The translations under genes were made by a program, and so were the position numbers. The notes under the pieces were generated by a model. The model had not been told where the DNA came from and made no database searches. It saw only the letters and a list, made by a program, of their open reading frames with translations. A DNA stretch of 64,000 nucleotides from Callorhinchus milii (lineage: Eukaryota), in the NCBI RefSeq assembly GCF_018977255.1, contig NW_024704742.1, positions 91,390,001 to 91,454,000 on the forward strand, written 5' to 3'. Positions 49,935 through 62,049 of the stretch are shown here, piece after piece (the stretch's first letter is position 1; each line of letters begins with the position of its first letter).

Positions 49935-51544
49935 ATTATTAAAATGCAATTGATATTATTATAGTATCTGAAGGTGTGTGATATCATGGCATACCCCCTT
50001 CCCATGTCCTTTGTCACTTTTGCTTTTTCCCTACACCATTTCACATTAAATCCACCTTGCTCAGCATTGCTGTTGCATGGCTGTTAATTAAAAACGGCGA
50101 CACGTTTTTAGGAGAGAGAAAAACGTATAAACACCCTGTGAGCCGCCGGACAGTAATTCAGTCCCATAGTTCTGTTGACCATGTTTACCACAGGAGCTTT
50201 GCTCTTTGTAATTTATGACATGATCAGAACTGCTCGATTGAATTACTGACCTGTAACTCATTTCCAGTTTCCTGCTATCATATCCCTCGAGTCCTGTGTC
50301 ATAAAATCATTCATGTCCGTTGACGCACGGTTTGATGTAATTGAATTCCTTATTTCAATTACCACCTTGCAATTCACTCAGGATGATCCATTACACCCAA
50401 TTTCATTCTTAAAATATCTATAAACCGTATAATGTTTTCCTTGTGCAATTTTAGAATGTAAATTTTAGACTATGCGTTGAATTGCTTTTATATAAAAGAC
50501 CCACATTAAAACTGCCTGCAGTTTTCTTTAAAGAGAAACAAAATACATTAATTCCTAAATTTGTATCATTCGAACAACCAACTTCTGATGCTCAAAATCA
50601 GAAAGACAGTAAACAATGAGATTTAATCTGCAGTGATTTTTAATGGGACTTCTTAATAAGGAATGTGAGTGTCCAGTAACCAGAGGGCAAATAATACTCA
50701 TCATACTGACCCTCAGGAACTTGGTTTCTAAAATACTTCACATTGGAGTGAAGTTCCTGGGAGTCACTGGATACCTTTCAGGCTCTGTGTCCAACCTATA
50801 TGTCTTACCCATTAGGTAAGCAGGGTGTGTCTCCCGGGGAAAGAATACTCCATAGTCGACAATTAGAAAGCAATACTTAATGCAGTTCTCAGTGTGGTTT
50901 GTAGACATGTAAGCATCAAAGCATAATGAGTTTTTTGCATAGTTACCTCCCCCCTCCAATTAGTTTTATTAGTAAAGCTAATTAGAAATCACTACGTATT
51001 AGACCCTAAATGTAAATATTTAGTAACATTTTGTAATAGTTCCATTCTACATACGAATGGTGCTAATGAGCAAAATGGGTCTGAGACCACAGAAGTAAAT
51101 GTTGTGAAGCACTCTGTGGCTACTCCCTCTTCTCACTGGTGGGGGCTGGAGGGGGAAGGCTGTGAGAGCTGGGATGTGTGAGTTTGCCCCTAGCTTTAAG
51201 CCGAGAGGAATATGTTTACAGCATCATTTTATTGCTCTAAGTAATAAATGCAGCAGAGCTGCCAGACCTTAATACCAGCTTATAACTTATAGGGCGCTAT
51301 ATAAATACAAGTTGTTGTTGTTTTATCACTGTCTTTGCTCTGGAGGTAACAACCCAGCTAAGGCATAATGGTGTTTAACTTGCAGTTGAATTTTATAGTG
51401 TACCAATTAGGAATTGTGGATCAGACTCTATGGCTTGATTGGCCTCTTCCTGTTTTCCTATTCTTCAGATGAGATGTTAAACCAAGGTCCTATCCCCTGT
51501 TCAGGTAGACCATAAAGCTCCCATGCCATAAAGCTCCACAACAA

Positions 51545-51718
51545 AAACAATATTCAATCCACGACTGTTTGTGGGACTCTGCTGTGCGCAATTGGCTGCC
51601 GCGTTTCGTCCACAAATATACAGTCAATTCACTTTACAGCATATTCTGTGAATCGCTTTGAGACGTTGAGAAGACGTGAAAAGCGCTATATCAAATGCAA
51701 GTATTATTATTATTATTA
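51545..51718 (+). mobile_element. 5'-truncated SINE nested in a DeuSINE (about 51465-51820)
   Basis: DeuSINE sequence ...cccatg resumes after the (att)n tail as tcactaatcaaaaagagaaggg...ggtgtcctggccaacaatccc. Confidence 0.8.
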
Positions 51719-51859
51719 TGTCACTAATCAAAAAGAGAAGGGATTTTCTCCTGGTGTCCTGGCCAACAATCCCCCAGATAAAGTTGATCATTTATTTTAT
51801 GGCTGTTTGGAATATTGTGGGATATACAAGGAAGTGGGATAGAACAGTGTCGGATGGGT

Positions 51860-51876
51860 GGGGGGGGGGGGGGGGG
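51860..51876 (+). repeat. Poly-G run (17 nt)
   Basis: Read directly from the sequence. Confidence 0.95.
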
Positions 51877-52204
51877 AGAACACGGTGTCGAACTCTACAG
51901 TTCATATCGAGACCAACAGCAGGTTTGACCGTTTCAAGCACTGTAGTCTTTCTGCAGATTTCAGGAAAGTGTGTCTCTGAATTCAACAAGACCCACTTAT
52001 GAACCAAATGGCAGATCTGAAGAGCATATCTGTGGAAAGGCAGCTGGCTAACTCTCTTGAAGCACTGACAGACTTTCTAATGAGGCAACGTATGTTTCAA
52101 TTTCAAACAAAAAACATTTGGGTTGTTTTTCAAAGTATGAACTGTTTGGAGTGCTGCATATCCTTTCAATCTTTTAATTGGACACCAACTTTGTGGGAAT
52201 GGAG

Positions 52205-52570
52205 TGGAGTCCTGTAGCTTAGTGGTTAGAGCACTCGCCTCCAAGTGAGAGGACCTGGATTTGATTCCCAGGCAGGGTGAAACCTTAGCAATTTACCTTA
52301 CTCCATATTCCTCTGTTTACCTAGCAGTAAGTAGGAACCCAGTTGTTGGTCGATTGGCGGATTGCTTTTCAAGGGAATAATCCCTTAATAAAATAATAAT
52401 AATTTAGTCATTCAATCCATTACTGTTTGTAGGAGACTGCAGTATACAATTGGCTGCCTCAATTTGCCCACAAAATATAGTCACTACAATTTACAGTATA
52501 TTCTGTGAAACACTTTGACATGTCTCAATGACGTGATAAGACGCTACATCAAATGCAAGGATTATTATTA
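52205..52570 (+). mobile_element. tRNA-derived SINE, long form, full length
   Basis: Head, CORE-like segment, spacer, shared body, and tail atgtctcaatgacgtgataag...(att)n. Confidence 0.88.
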
Positions 52571-52859
52571 AATGGCTTCACTTTCCATTGGTTTGCAAAC
52601 AGATTGTATAATTTGTGGGTGACTTCATTGTTTTTATCCTGATTTATTGGTCTCTGGCACCTCAATGAAGTAACGTTTCCCATTCTGTTTTTCTCAAAGT
52701 TGGTGAACCTTTTAAAAACGAATTCAACAATTGCTGCCAAAATTGATTTTCTGCAAATATCAATGTAGAATCTAACAACAGAGTTTTTATAGCACATTAT
52801 CCTATTAAAACATCTCACAAAAGGCTTCCCAAGTAAGTGCTGACAGGTTTTGCTGAAAT

Positions 52860-53180
52860 TGTCCAAGCAAATGTAGCAGCCAGCAAGGTTCCTACAGACA
52901 GCCATGAAGTGAATGATCAATTTATCTGGAGAATTGTTGGCTTGGACACAGGCAGCATCTTCCTTCCCTTCGAATAGTGCCATGACATTTTTGGCATCCA
53001 CCTGATTGTGCAGATGGGACCTTGGTTTAATATCTCATTGGAAGGATGGCACCTCCAATAATGAAGTGCACCCACAGCACTGCATGGGAGTATCAGCCTG
53101 CACTGAAAACCAAGTGAAGGGTTTGAACCCACAATCTTTGGACTCAACAGCATCAACCGTTAACCCACCAAAGCTGTCAA
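52860..53180 (-). mobile_element. Deu-domain SINE, 3' truncated
   Basis: Reverse complement of the head and Deu body, as in 38446-38880. Confidence 0.75.
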
Positions 53181-55642
53181 TTAAAAAGACAAAGAGAAAC
53201 TGGGTCTGCATTAAGTTTGGAACCGTATTCCTCTGACGTAAGACTGCAGTTCAACTTCAAGGTTTGGAAGCTCTATTTGATTCAGTCTGTAGTGGGTATA
53301 ATTTTCTCTTTTGGCTGTTCTTCTCTGCAATTACATCAATCAGATCTTACCCATCAAAGAAGTGATGGAATTTCTCAGTGAACAGGTGTGTGTTTTACGT
53401 GCATTTTGGCTTTTGAGGCACTAAGAACAGATGTAACCCAAGATTATAGTTTTCAGCATGTTACAAGACATTGTATTGCAGAGCATACAAAGCAACAATA
53501 AAGAAAGACTTGGAAGTTTCCCAATGGATGTTTCTTAAACTGGGGCAACACAGAATAATGCCCTTGGTAATTAAACCTGTTAAACAAATTCATGACATCT
53601 CCGCAGAGGCTTTGTGTCCAGCATTATATGGGAGGAGACTGTGATTTGAAAGGTCCCAGTTACCCATCCCTTTATTTGTTGCTGCAACTGTGGTCAGATA
53701 ATGCTCTAGTGCTGCGTTCTTTATTCTCTCATCTCATCCTTTGCAAGTTCTTTTATCCCTCCACCTTGTATCAGTTAGATTCGGGGCTGAGGCAAGTTAG
53801 TTTTAAGGAACACTTTGTTCCTAATCTGTTTCACGATATAGTTTCATAACCTTTGGCACAGTCACTCCCGAGGATATGGTTTGGACAAAACCTTTGAGCA
53901 CTCATTAACTTCATTTGTCTGACTTTGCAAGCCAAGCATCAAAACTAATGGACTACCGCTTGAGAGGATCATGATCTCACAGTCCGTGGCTCTTTAAACA
54001 AAGAGTTGAAGAATTATGACAAAAGTCTTATCTGAATTCTGAATTCCACTTATGTAGAAAATCTATGCAGCCAAATTGTAGTGTTCAGGTTGCAAACAAA
54101 TGCAAATCACTTCTTAGGCATAAGGCAAAGATACTAAACGCCCCCACAATCCCAGAAATATATTTCTTACAGAAAGTCAAATTAACCTAGTGGTTTGTCA
54201 TTTTTTTTCCTTTGGAAAGACCAGAGCAGATGTAACGTAGACAAGTCGATAACGATTTGTATTGATGTAACACCTTTCACTTTGGGAGATTGGCCAAAGG
54301 ACTTTACAATGACTTGAATCGGAGCCCAAGCTGGGACAGCGAAGAAGCTTGAAAACATTGTCAAAGGGGTTTTCGTGGTGCATTTGAAAACAGAGGAAAA
54401 GGGAGAGATGAAGCGATTTCAGGAAAGAATTTTAGAAAATACAGAAAGCTGATTTAATATCTGCATCACTTTAGGAGATACCAGTATGGGCAACAATACA
54501 ATTGACAACAAATATCTTGTAGAATTTGCAAAGAAACAAAAAAAATTTTGCTGAACATTTTCCCTGGGAAGACTGCTGCTTTCATCAAATGAAATCGCAT
54601 TAATTGCAATATCCAAACACAAATATTAATTATTTAAAATTCTGTACACAGCCACATGGTCTGTTGAACTTATCTTTATTCAGTACCTTAACAAAAATCA
54701 CAAATGCATTTTTAAAAAAGGGAAGAAAAATTGTGTTGTGAAAAATATTGGAGATGGTTTTAGCTCCACCCACTGGCACGCTCTGGAGGTGCACAAGTGT
54801 AATTTTCATACAGCCTCTGCCTAAGGCTGCTTCTGCCAAACAAACTTCATGACACCCTGCACAACATTATACATCCTCTACATATCACAGTAGCTTCCCT
54901 CCTCCAAAAAGGGCTGATACAAGAGGGCTGATAGGGTGGGGAATGGTATCCCTCGAAGTGCCAAATAGATCCAATTCATCACTCAATCAAATCAGGGTGC
55001 CCCTGCCATCAAGGATGATGCTCCTTACCCATGTGAATAAGATTTCAGGTAGTAAAATATGTTCCTGCAAACACTGCATAACCAATATGTAAGCCAATTC
55101 ATAAATTGAACCAACTATAGGACACCCGACTGCTATTTCATCAAAGTGGATAGGCTCTATTTATGTCAGATAAAGTGGATGCCCACAGAACTATCAACTT
55201 GGCGCATTGACTCACTGCGCTACCTGTGCATTGCAGAGTGCAGCTACAGCACGTTAGAGCTACAGCAGATTAGGTCTCGGAATAGTGGAATACAGGCCAT
55301 AGCGGTGCAGTGAGGAGACACCATGTAGAGACCAGCGACTTCCCCACAGAAAGAAGATTGAATCACTCGACTCTTCTATGTGCAAATTGGCAGTGGTCCT
55401 GTTCAGCTGGGAAAAGTGAGTAGCACAGGAGGCTACAGAGAGGGAGAAGAATGTCTTCAAAATAATGTAAAAGAAAGAAGAAAGGCTTCCATTAACCTGG
55501 TAAACAGACTATGTCCTGCATCTAGTGGATGCACTTCACTGGAACGCATTGATCCAGCTCAGCGTAGCCATGGCCCATCCACTTGGATGAAATGCCAATC
55601 TCCGAGCATTCACAGAGGAGCCTTTGCCCTGGTGACGATCTA

Positions 55643-55981
55643 CAGGATGTCCACAAAGTCTTGTTACTTTTTTTCTCCGCTCTCTCTGTGCACTGAACCA
55701 CCAACTGAAACATGTGGAAGAATAATGACAATTGTATTTAAAACTAATTAATTGTATTCAGTATAAGTGCTTAACTGTATTTAGACATCCAGAGGATCAG
55801 CGTGAATGCCATCATTTTCATGGCAGATAATAATCTTTCGCCATGTTCGGTGCAACATCTTCCACAACATGGATAGAGTGACGAGGTGAAATGCATGTTT
55901 CACGACTTGTTTCATCTCCTCCATAGTCTCATATCTCATAGCTATTTTGTAATGAGGTAAGAGGATTTTATGGACACCCTG
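55643..55981 (-). mobile_element. Non-autonomous Tc1/mariner-superfamily DNA transposon (deletion derivative)
   Basis: TA on both sides (55641-42 and 55982-83). Terminal inverted repeats CAGGATGTCCACAAAGTCTTGTTAC and CAGGGTGTCCATAAAATCCTCTTAC match at 20/25. The internal minus frame RYETMEEMKQVVKHAFHLVTLSMLWKMLHRTWRKIIICHENDGIHADPLDV* resembles a mariner-type transposase C-terminus. Confidence 0.75.
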
Positions 55982-56694
55982 TAGAAAGGAAGAAGGAAGA
56001 AGCATAGAACTCCACAATCTACTAGGAAGTGATTTGAACCATGGTGTTAATATCAGTGAAAAAGCAAGTGATTAAATCATTTCATATCCAGGATTGTTCA
56101 AAACATACGAGTAAACATGAGCTCTAGCCCTGTATCGTTTAGATAAAAAAATAATCTTAACTATTGGGATTGAACAGTCCAGAAATGTGACAAAATAACT
56201 GTGACAGGCCAGGCTATTAACATGATGCCTGTAGACGGTACACTTCTGCACAATCATTCCCCCAAACTAGATGTGAGGGCAAAGCACTACACCTAGTGGG
56301 AATTCCTGTCAGTTAGTCCTGTCGGTGTAGGTTTACTATAAGATAAATCTTGGTTGATCACAGCCCGCACAGCTTATTGTGTCATTACTCTCCAATTTGC
56401 GAGGCGAGTATTGGGAACCGCAGCAATCGTTATTTTCAGAAAATTTATTTGGTTGCCACGGTGACCGTGGTTGTATTATATTACTGTACAGCTAAATGCT
56501 GAGATAGCTCGATTGTAAAGTGCCACAAGTTATTCACCTGACAGACTCTTTAATTTACAGTACATCAGTCTTCCACAGTTCGTTAACTCCCAAGATGTTC
56601 CAGTCACAGCAGGAAGCCTTGGTTAGCTTGAAGCTGGGAAGATACAAACTTTCAAAAAACTAACATACTCTCTTTCTCCCCTGTCTGTGTACAG

Positions 56695-56724
56695 AAAGAG
56701 ATGACAGCACGAATATGCCACTGA
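56695..56724 (+). CDS. MOB3B: MOB3B last coding exon (KEMTARICH*)
   Basis: Acceptor ctctctttctcccctgtctgtgtacag|aaa gag atg aca gca cga ata tgc cac tga. Matches the recalled MOB3B C-terminus KEMTSRMCH; total protein 216 aa. Confidence 0.93.
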   Translation, partial: KEMTARICH

Positions 56725-59292
56725 AGTACTGCTCCACAAAAGAAGATGTTACGAATAGTCCAGTTACCTGCAGACTCTATTGAGTACCCGCACGCAGCAA
56801 ATATATCTGCTCTCTGCTCGTCTCCATGACCCCACAATCGAGAGGGTCAAAGACAGAATTTTGTTCAGTGACGGCCGCCAATAAGTATTTCTTCTGCGTT
56901 TCACTGGTCGTAAATGTGAACATTAAGCAGCACAAATATTACAAAAAAAATTGTCTATATTTACATGATTCATCTCTTTTTGATTAAGCAAGGTCCAAGA
57001 TAGAGACTAAGAGAAGTGTCTGAAAACAGCTTTGTACCTTTCTGACTGAGGTGCAATCAAGCTCTGAAATACAACAAGAACAATAACTTGCATTTATATA
57101 GCGCCCTTTGCGCTGGACAGCGTCTTGGAGCGCTTATTGTTCATTCTGAAGAACTCTGAGGCGGAAAATCCAGCCTCAAAGTCCCATTTTGATCCAGTTC
57201 TGCACCTTTTCATTCTCAATTTCCATTCCACTGGATCCAATTGTCTTTTTTTTAAGTTGTGATCACATCTATTTTTTGGTTGCAAATCCCTAGCTTCATT
57301 ATACTCTTGCACTTGCCTTAAATGAACAACAGGCTTGTGCCAGTTTCATCAGGATTGGTTAAAGAATAGATCCACCGGTGGAGCTGGTTCTCAGGCACCA
57401 ATTAAACTCTGTGTCTACGTCTGAGCTGCTGAGGTTTGCTTCCTGGGAATTAGCTAAATAGTAGGGCAATCTCAATTTTGCTCCACCATTTCTGGATCCG
57501 TAATCTTGTTATTTAATGGAGATCTGTTAATGGGCAGTTTGTCTTGTGATGGGAAATGTGTGGAGCAAGAGAGGACTGGGTGATAGAGTGCAATCTCACC
57601 TTTGGAAGATGGCTTTAAATCCATTGGAAGCTGATAGAATGAACACTTCCCTTTAATCTTTACTTTGCAAAACAGCCCAGATTTGCCAGTTGTTGTCAAT
57701 CTAAATCATTCTGGAAATAGGGTGTGTAAAACAGAAATGTCACACTGGCACATTTCTGAGAAATTCCTAGAGCGAATGGTCTTGGTCTGAAAACCATTGT
57801 CCTAAAAAAAGATTGTGCCGAATTTTAGAAACCAGTCTAAATTCAGGTTTAATATGGGAGCTTGTTTCCTGGAAACTGCAGAAATATGAATTAATACAAA
57901 TTAAGACTGAATTTAACACTTTTCCACAATTCCACACAATCTTAAATGTTAAGACCAGGCTCTTAAATCTAACACCATGGAGATTTGGGGACTCGTTGCT
58001 TGAGTTTGGGCCATTGTTGAGGGAGAACCAAAGGAGCTTTCTGCAGGAGTGCTCAATACTGACTCTGGATATAAAAACATATGAAAATGTTCCACCCCCA
58101 CAATCAGATGAACACAAAACTATTCTGGAACTATCTCCAGCGCTAATTAATTCCCAGCAATTTTAAATTCATGACAATTAACTTGTTTAAACGTTGGGGT
58201 TTACTTTCAGGCAACTTGTCAGCCTGTGTTTTATTTCTGAAGTAACATTAAAAGGTGAACAGGGACCAGTTTGTAAACAGGATTATTATTCCCACCAAAA
58301 GTCCCGGTTAACGTGTTTCCAGATAATGCAAAGGTACAAGTCAGTGATTGCAGCATTTAAATCACTGAATGATACATTGATACAATGAAAGCTTATTCAT
58401 ACAGTTTCAGTTCCTCACAGCCCTTTGAACCCCATTCAATTCCATGATCTGTTGCCAATGGTCAAAAGTCTATGAATACTGAACTCTCATTTGGGCATTT
58501 AAATGTCTGGATTTAACTGTATTAGCAGTTTTGATAAAACATTTGAATGTTTTTTTTCATAATTAAAAGGAAATAAATTACCCTTTGCCACCCTTTTCTC
58601 TTCTCCCCCTTCCTGACATGTAGCATTGGCCTGTCCTAACTGGTGGGCAACCAAGCTGTAACTGCCAGGCATCACCTGTCCACGTTACAGTTGAGCTAGC
58701 CTTACTAGAAAGTGATGAGTGATCCAGGCTGACTTGCTCTCTAAAGACTCACTTTCTCTGTAGGGATGCATCTTATTCTCTACACAGCAGCTAGACTTGA
58801 CACACTCAAGTTGTGGGAAACTGTGGCCCCATTCTCAGGTGGATTGGTTTCAGTTTCAGTTATTTGCTTTGTTCTCCCCTCTTCAGGCAAGAGGTCATGC
58901 CTCAAACAAGAGGGAACGGGTCACAAACCCTAAGCTGAGATGTCCATCTGTGGCCGTTTGTGCCCAGAGTGCTGTTGCCCTCCCATTTGGGGAGTGAACC
59001 TTGCTCCCAATTGGTACTTTTTACCCCAATTTACGCTGATCAATCAAGATAGTCACATTTTCACCAATTTATTCCAATGGGAAATGCTATTGTAGACATG
59101 ACGAGATCGCTATTTTAGTGTGCAGTGTAAAATATCTCCCATATGGAGACTGGTGTACCTGAACCTTACGCACTACCACTCTGGTAGGCTGGAAATGAAT
59201 GGAGTGGAGAGGACTGTCAATCTAAAGCATATCACTTGTCAAAGAATGCTGAATAATTAACTAACTCAAAGAACAGGATTTACTCATACTAC

Positions 59293-60820
59293 CAACAACA
59301 ACTTGCACTTACATAGCACCCTCCACGCAAGGTAGCATCTCAGAGTGCTTAACAGTACTGGAGAGGGCCAGGGGGGCAGATGACCATAAGCACAGTTGAA
59401 AAGGAAAGTTTTCAGGCGGGACTTGAAAGAGAGAGATGGGGCAAGGTGGAGGGATTGAGGGAGAATTTTCCACAGTTTGGGGGCGTAGTCGCTGAAAACA
59501 CGACCTCCAATGGTGGGGCGGAGGGTGCGAGGGACGAGCAGGAGGCTGGTGCCAGTCAAGCGGAGGCACCGGGTGGTGGTTTGGCGAGTGAGGAGGTTGG
59601 AGAGGTAGGGAGGTGCCAGAGGGTGAAGGGATTTGAACATGAGTGCGAGGATCTTGAAGTCAATCCGTTCGGTGATGGGGAGCCAGTGGAGCCTGTCCAG
59701 AACTGGTGAGATGTGGGTTTGGTCTGGATCAGTATGTGGGCAGCAGAGTTCTGAATGAGCTGGATTTTTTGAATAGTAGAGCTGAGGAGACCAGCGAGGA
59801 GTGCGTTTGAGTAATCCAGATGGGAGGTGACAAACACATGCACGAGGGTTTCGGCTGCCTTTGGTGTAAGGTACGGTTGGAGGTGGGCGATGTGACAGAG
59901 GTGGAGGAAGGCGGTCCTGGTCAGAGACTGGATGTGAGGGAGGAAGGACAGCTGGGGGTCAAACCGGATGCCTAGGTTGTGCACTGGTTTGGTGAGTGTG
60001 AGGGAGAGCCCAGGGAGGTTTGAGGAGTTCAGATCCACAGGAGTGAACACATTGACAAGGAGTATGGCTTCTGTCTTGTCCACATTCAGCTGCAGGAAGT
60101 TTACACTCATCCAGGCCTTGATGTCTGCCAGACAAGCTGTTAGAACATCAGCGGACCTAGAGTTGGTACTAGAGGAGGCAAAGTAGATTTGTGTGTCATC
60201 CTCATACATGTGGAAGTTTACCCCGTGTCTGCGGATGATATTGCCAAGAGGGAGCATATAGATAAGGAAAAGAAGAGGGCCAAGAATGGAGCCCTGGGGT
60301 ACCCCGCAGGTGACCGGGTGGAGGTGGGAGGAGAAACCATTTGCCGAGATGAAGTGGAAGCATTTGGTTAATTAGGACCTGTAGCTCAGTGGTTAGAGTC
60401 CTGTAGCTCAGTGGTTAGAGCACTCGCTTTGCAAGCGAGAGACCTGAGTTCAATTCCAGGCAGAGGGCGAAACCTTGGGCAAGTTTCCTTACTCCACACA
60501 GAGCCTAATAATAATCCCTCAAAAAAAAAACCAAAACAATAATTAAATTGGTCATTTTCAATCTACGACTGTTTGTGGGACATTGCTGTGCCAATTGGCT
60601 GCCGCGTTCGCCCACAAATATACAGTCAATTCACTTTACAGTGTGTTCTGTGAAGCGCTTTGGGACGTCCTCCCGACGTGAAAAGCGCTATATCAAATGC
60701 AAGGATTATTATTATTATAGGACTCGAACCATGTGAATGTGGGTCCACTAAGGTGGATCAGGGAGGAGAGGCAGTGGAGGAGGATGGCGTGGTGGACTAC
60801 GTCGAATGTGGCAGATGAAC
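59293..60820 (-). mobile_element. L2 LINE, longest copy (about 1.2 kb excluding the nested SINE), defective reverse transcriptase
   Basis: RT motifs SATFDVVHHAILL...WFES*LT...GVPQGSILGPLLFLIYMLPLGNIIRRHGVNFHMYEDDTQIY (YADD changed to YEDD); frameshifts; (ttg)n tail. Confidence 0.95.
60379..60717 (+). mobile_element. Young SINE inserted in the L2 RT region, with a 6-bp TSD (taggac) and a duplicated 22-nt head
   Basis: taggac at 60373-60378 and 60718-60723; removing the SINE and one TSD restores the L2 reading frame. Confidence 0.95.
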
Positions 60821-61995
60821 CTAGGCTATTAATGTACCAAATGCACGTTAATAGCTTATTTGTGCATATATCACAAGGTTCATCTGTTCCTAGATTCATA
60901 GAAAGTACGGTTCAGAAATAGAGCCCATAAAATCTGGCTGGTGCTTATACTCCACTCCAGTTCTGCTTAATGACCTGTATAATCCAGTTCATAAGAGCAT
61001 TGATTAAGTCAAATCTAGATGTTCTGCTCTGGCCTACCTAATTACATGGCATTTAGTTTATGATCAAAAATATCTCATTTTAGCAAGTAAAATCTTACTA
61101 AGTATACAGACCTTATAACCAGAAAATGCATTGCAGCAGCAGTGAAATAGGGGACTTAATGACAGATGCAATCTGGTTTGCAAAGGATTGTAAATATTGA
61201 ATTCCTGGGGAGAAATTTACCCGTTTACGATAGCATTACGAAGCATGCAGAATTTGGTAAATTGTTGAATTCAGGCTTAACCTTTGAAGTTGGTTTTCTG
61301 CAGTTTTTAAAAGAAACTTGTAACTTTAAAATGTATTTAAGAATTTGTTAAATTCAGAACATTCCAAAATACTAAGAAAATAGATTCAATATTTATGGTC
61401 CTTTGAGACTCCAGGTTGAAACTGCATTCTTGACCTCAAATATATTTTTGCCCTTGAGCTCTCACTTGGGCAAGCTGTCTCTTGTTGAGCATCACGTATC
61501 ACGCTGTGTGTTCAGAATAGGGATGTGAGGATTTATAAACCTGGAACTAACTACACAGAGACAGCTACTTGTGCCACTCTTCATCATTGTCCCCCAATAA
61601 TATGAAGCTTTTTACAGTTTTGGTGAAGGGATGGTGGAAACTAGGCACAGGAGGCATAAGAATTGGGTTTGATCAACCTGTCAATCCTTTACAGTTTTGA
61701 GAGAATATACATCTCAGATGTGAAGTGCAAGTTGCACCTTCTGTTATGTGTTGCTGGTATTCCTTTTAAATCATGCACGAAAGTTCATTTTTAATGCAGA
61801 AAACAGCTAGTTTCCAGTGTGAAGTAGGCAGCCCAAATGGCTGACCTAAGCTGCAGCTCCATTTTTATAGCACTTGCATGGAACTTGGTTGTAAGTGATT
61901 CAAAAACTACAAGGAACGTTTTAAATTAAATGTTTGATTAGCCAAGGAGCAGTGATGTCAACATTGATTGCCTGAATCCCAGTTTGTCGAAGCAT

Positions 61996-62049
61996 TTTCA
62001 CACTTACTATACAATAAACATATTTCACACACACTATACAATAAAGTAC
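61996..62049 (+). repeat. 27-bp tandem duplication, each unit containing AATAAA
   Basis: tttcacacttactatacaataaacata followed by tttcacacacactatacaataaagtac. Confidence 0.85.

Noticed and set aside
59556..60257. 233-aa reverse-transcriptase-like ORF as an active or novel RT system
   Set aside because: Truncated L2 copy with YADD changed to YEDD, an in-frame stop, frameshifts and a SINE insertion.
60401..60470. tRNA-Ala gene calls at SINE heads
   Set aside because: No matching acceptor stem, and each head continues into SINE body and tail.
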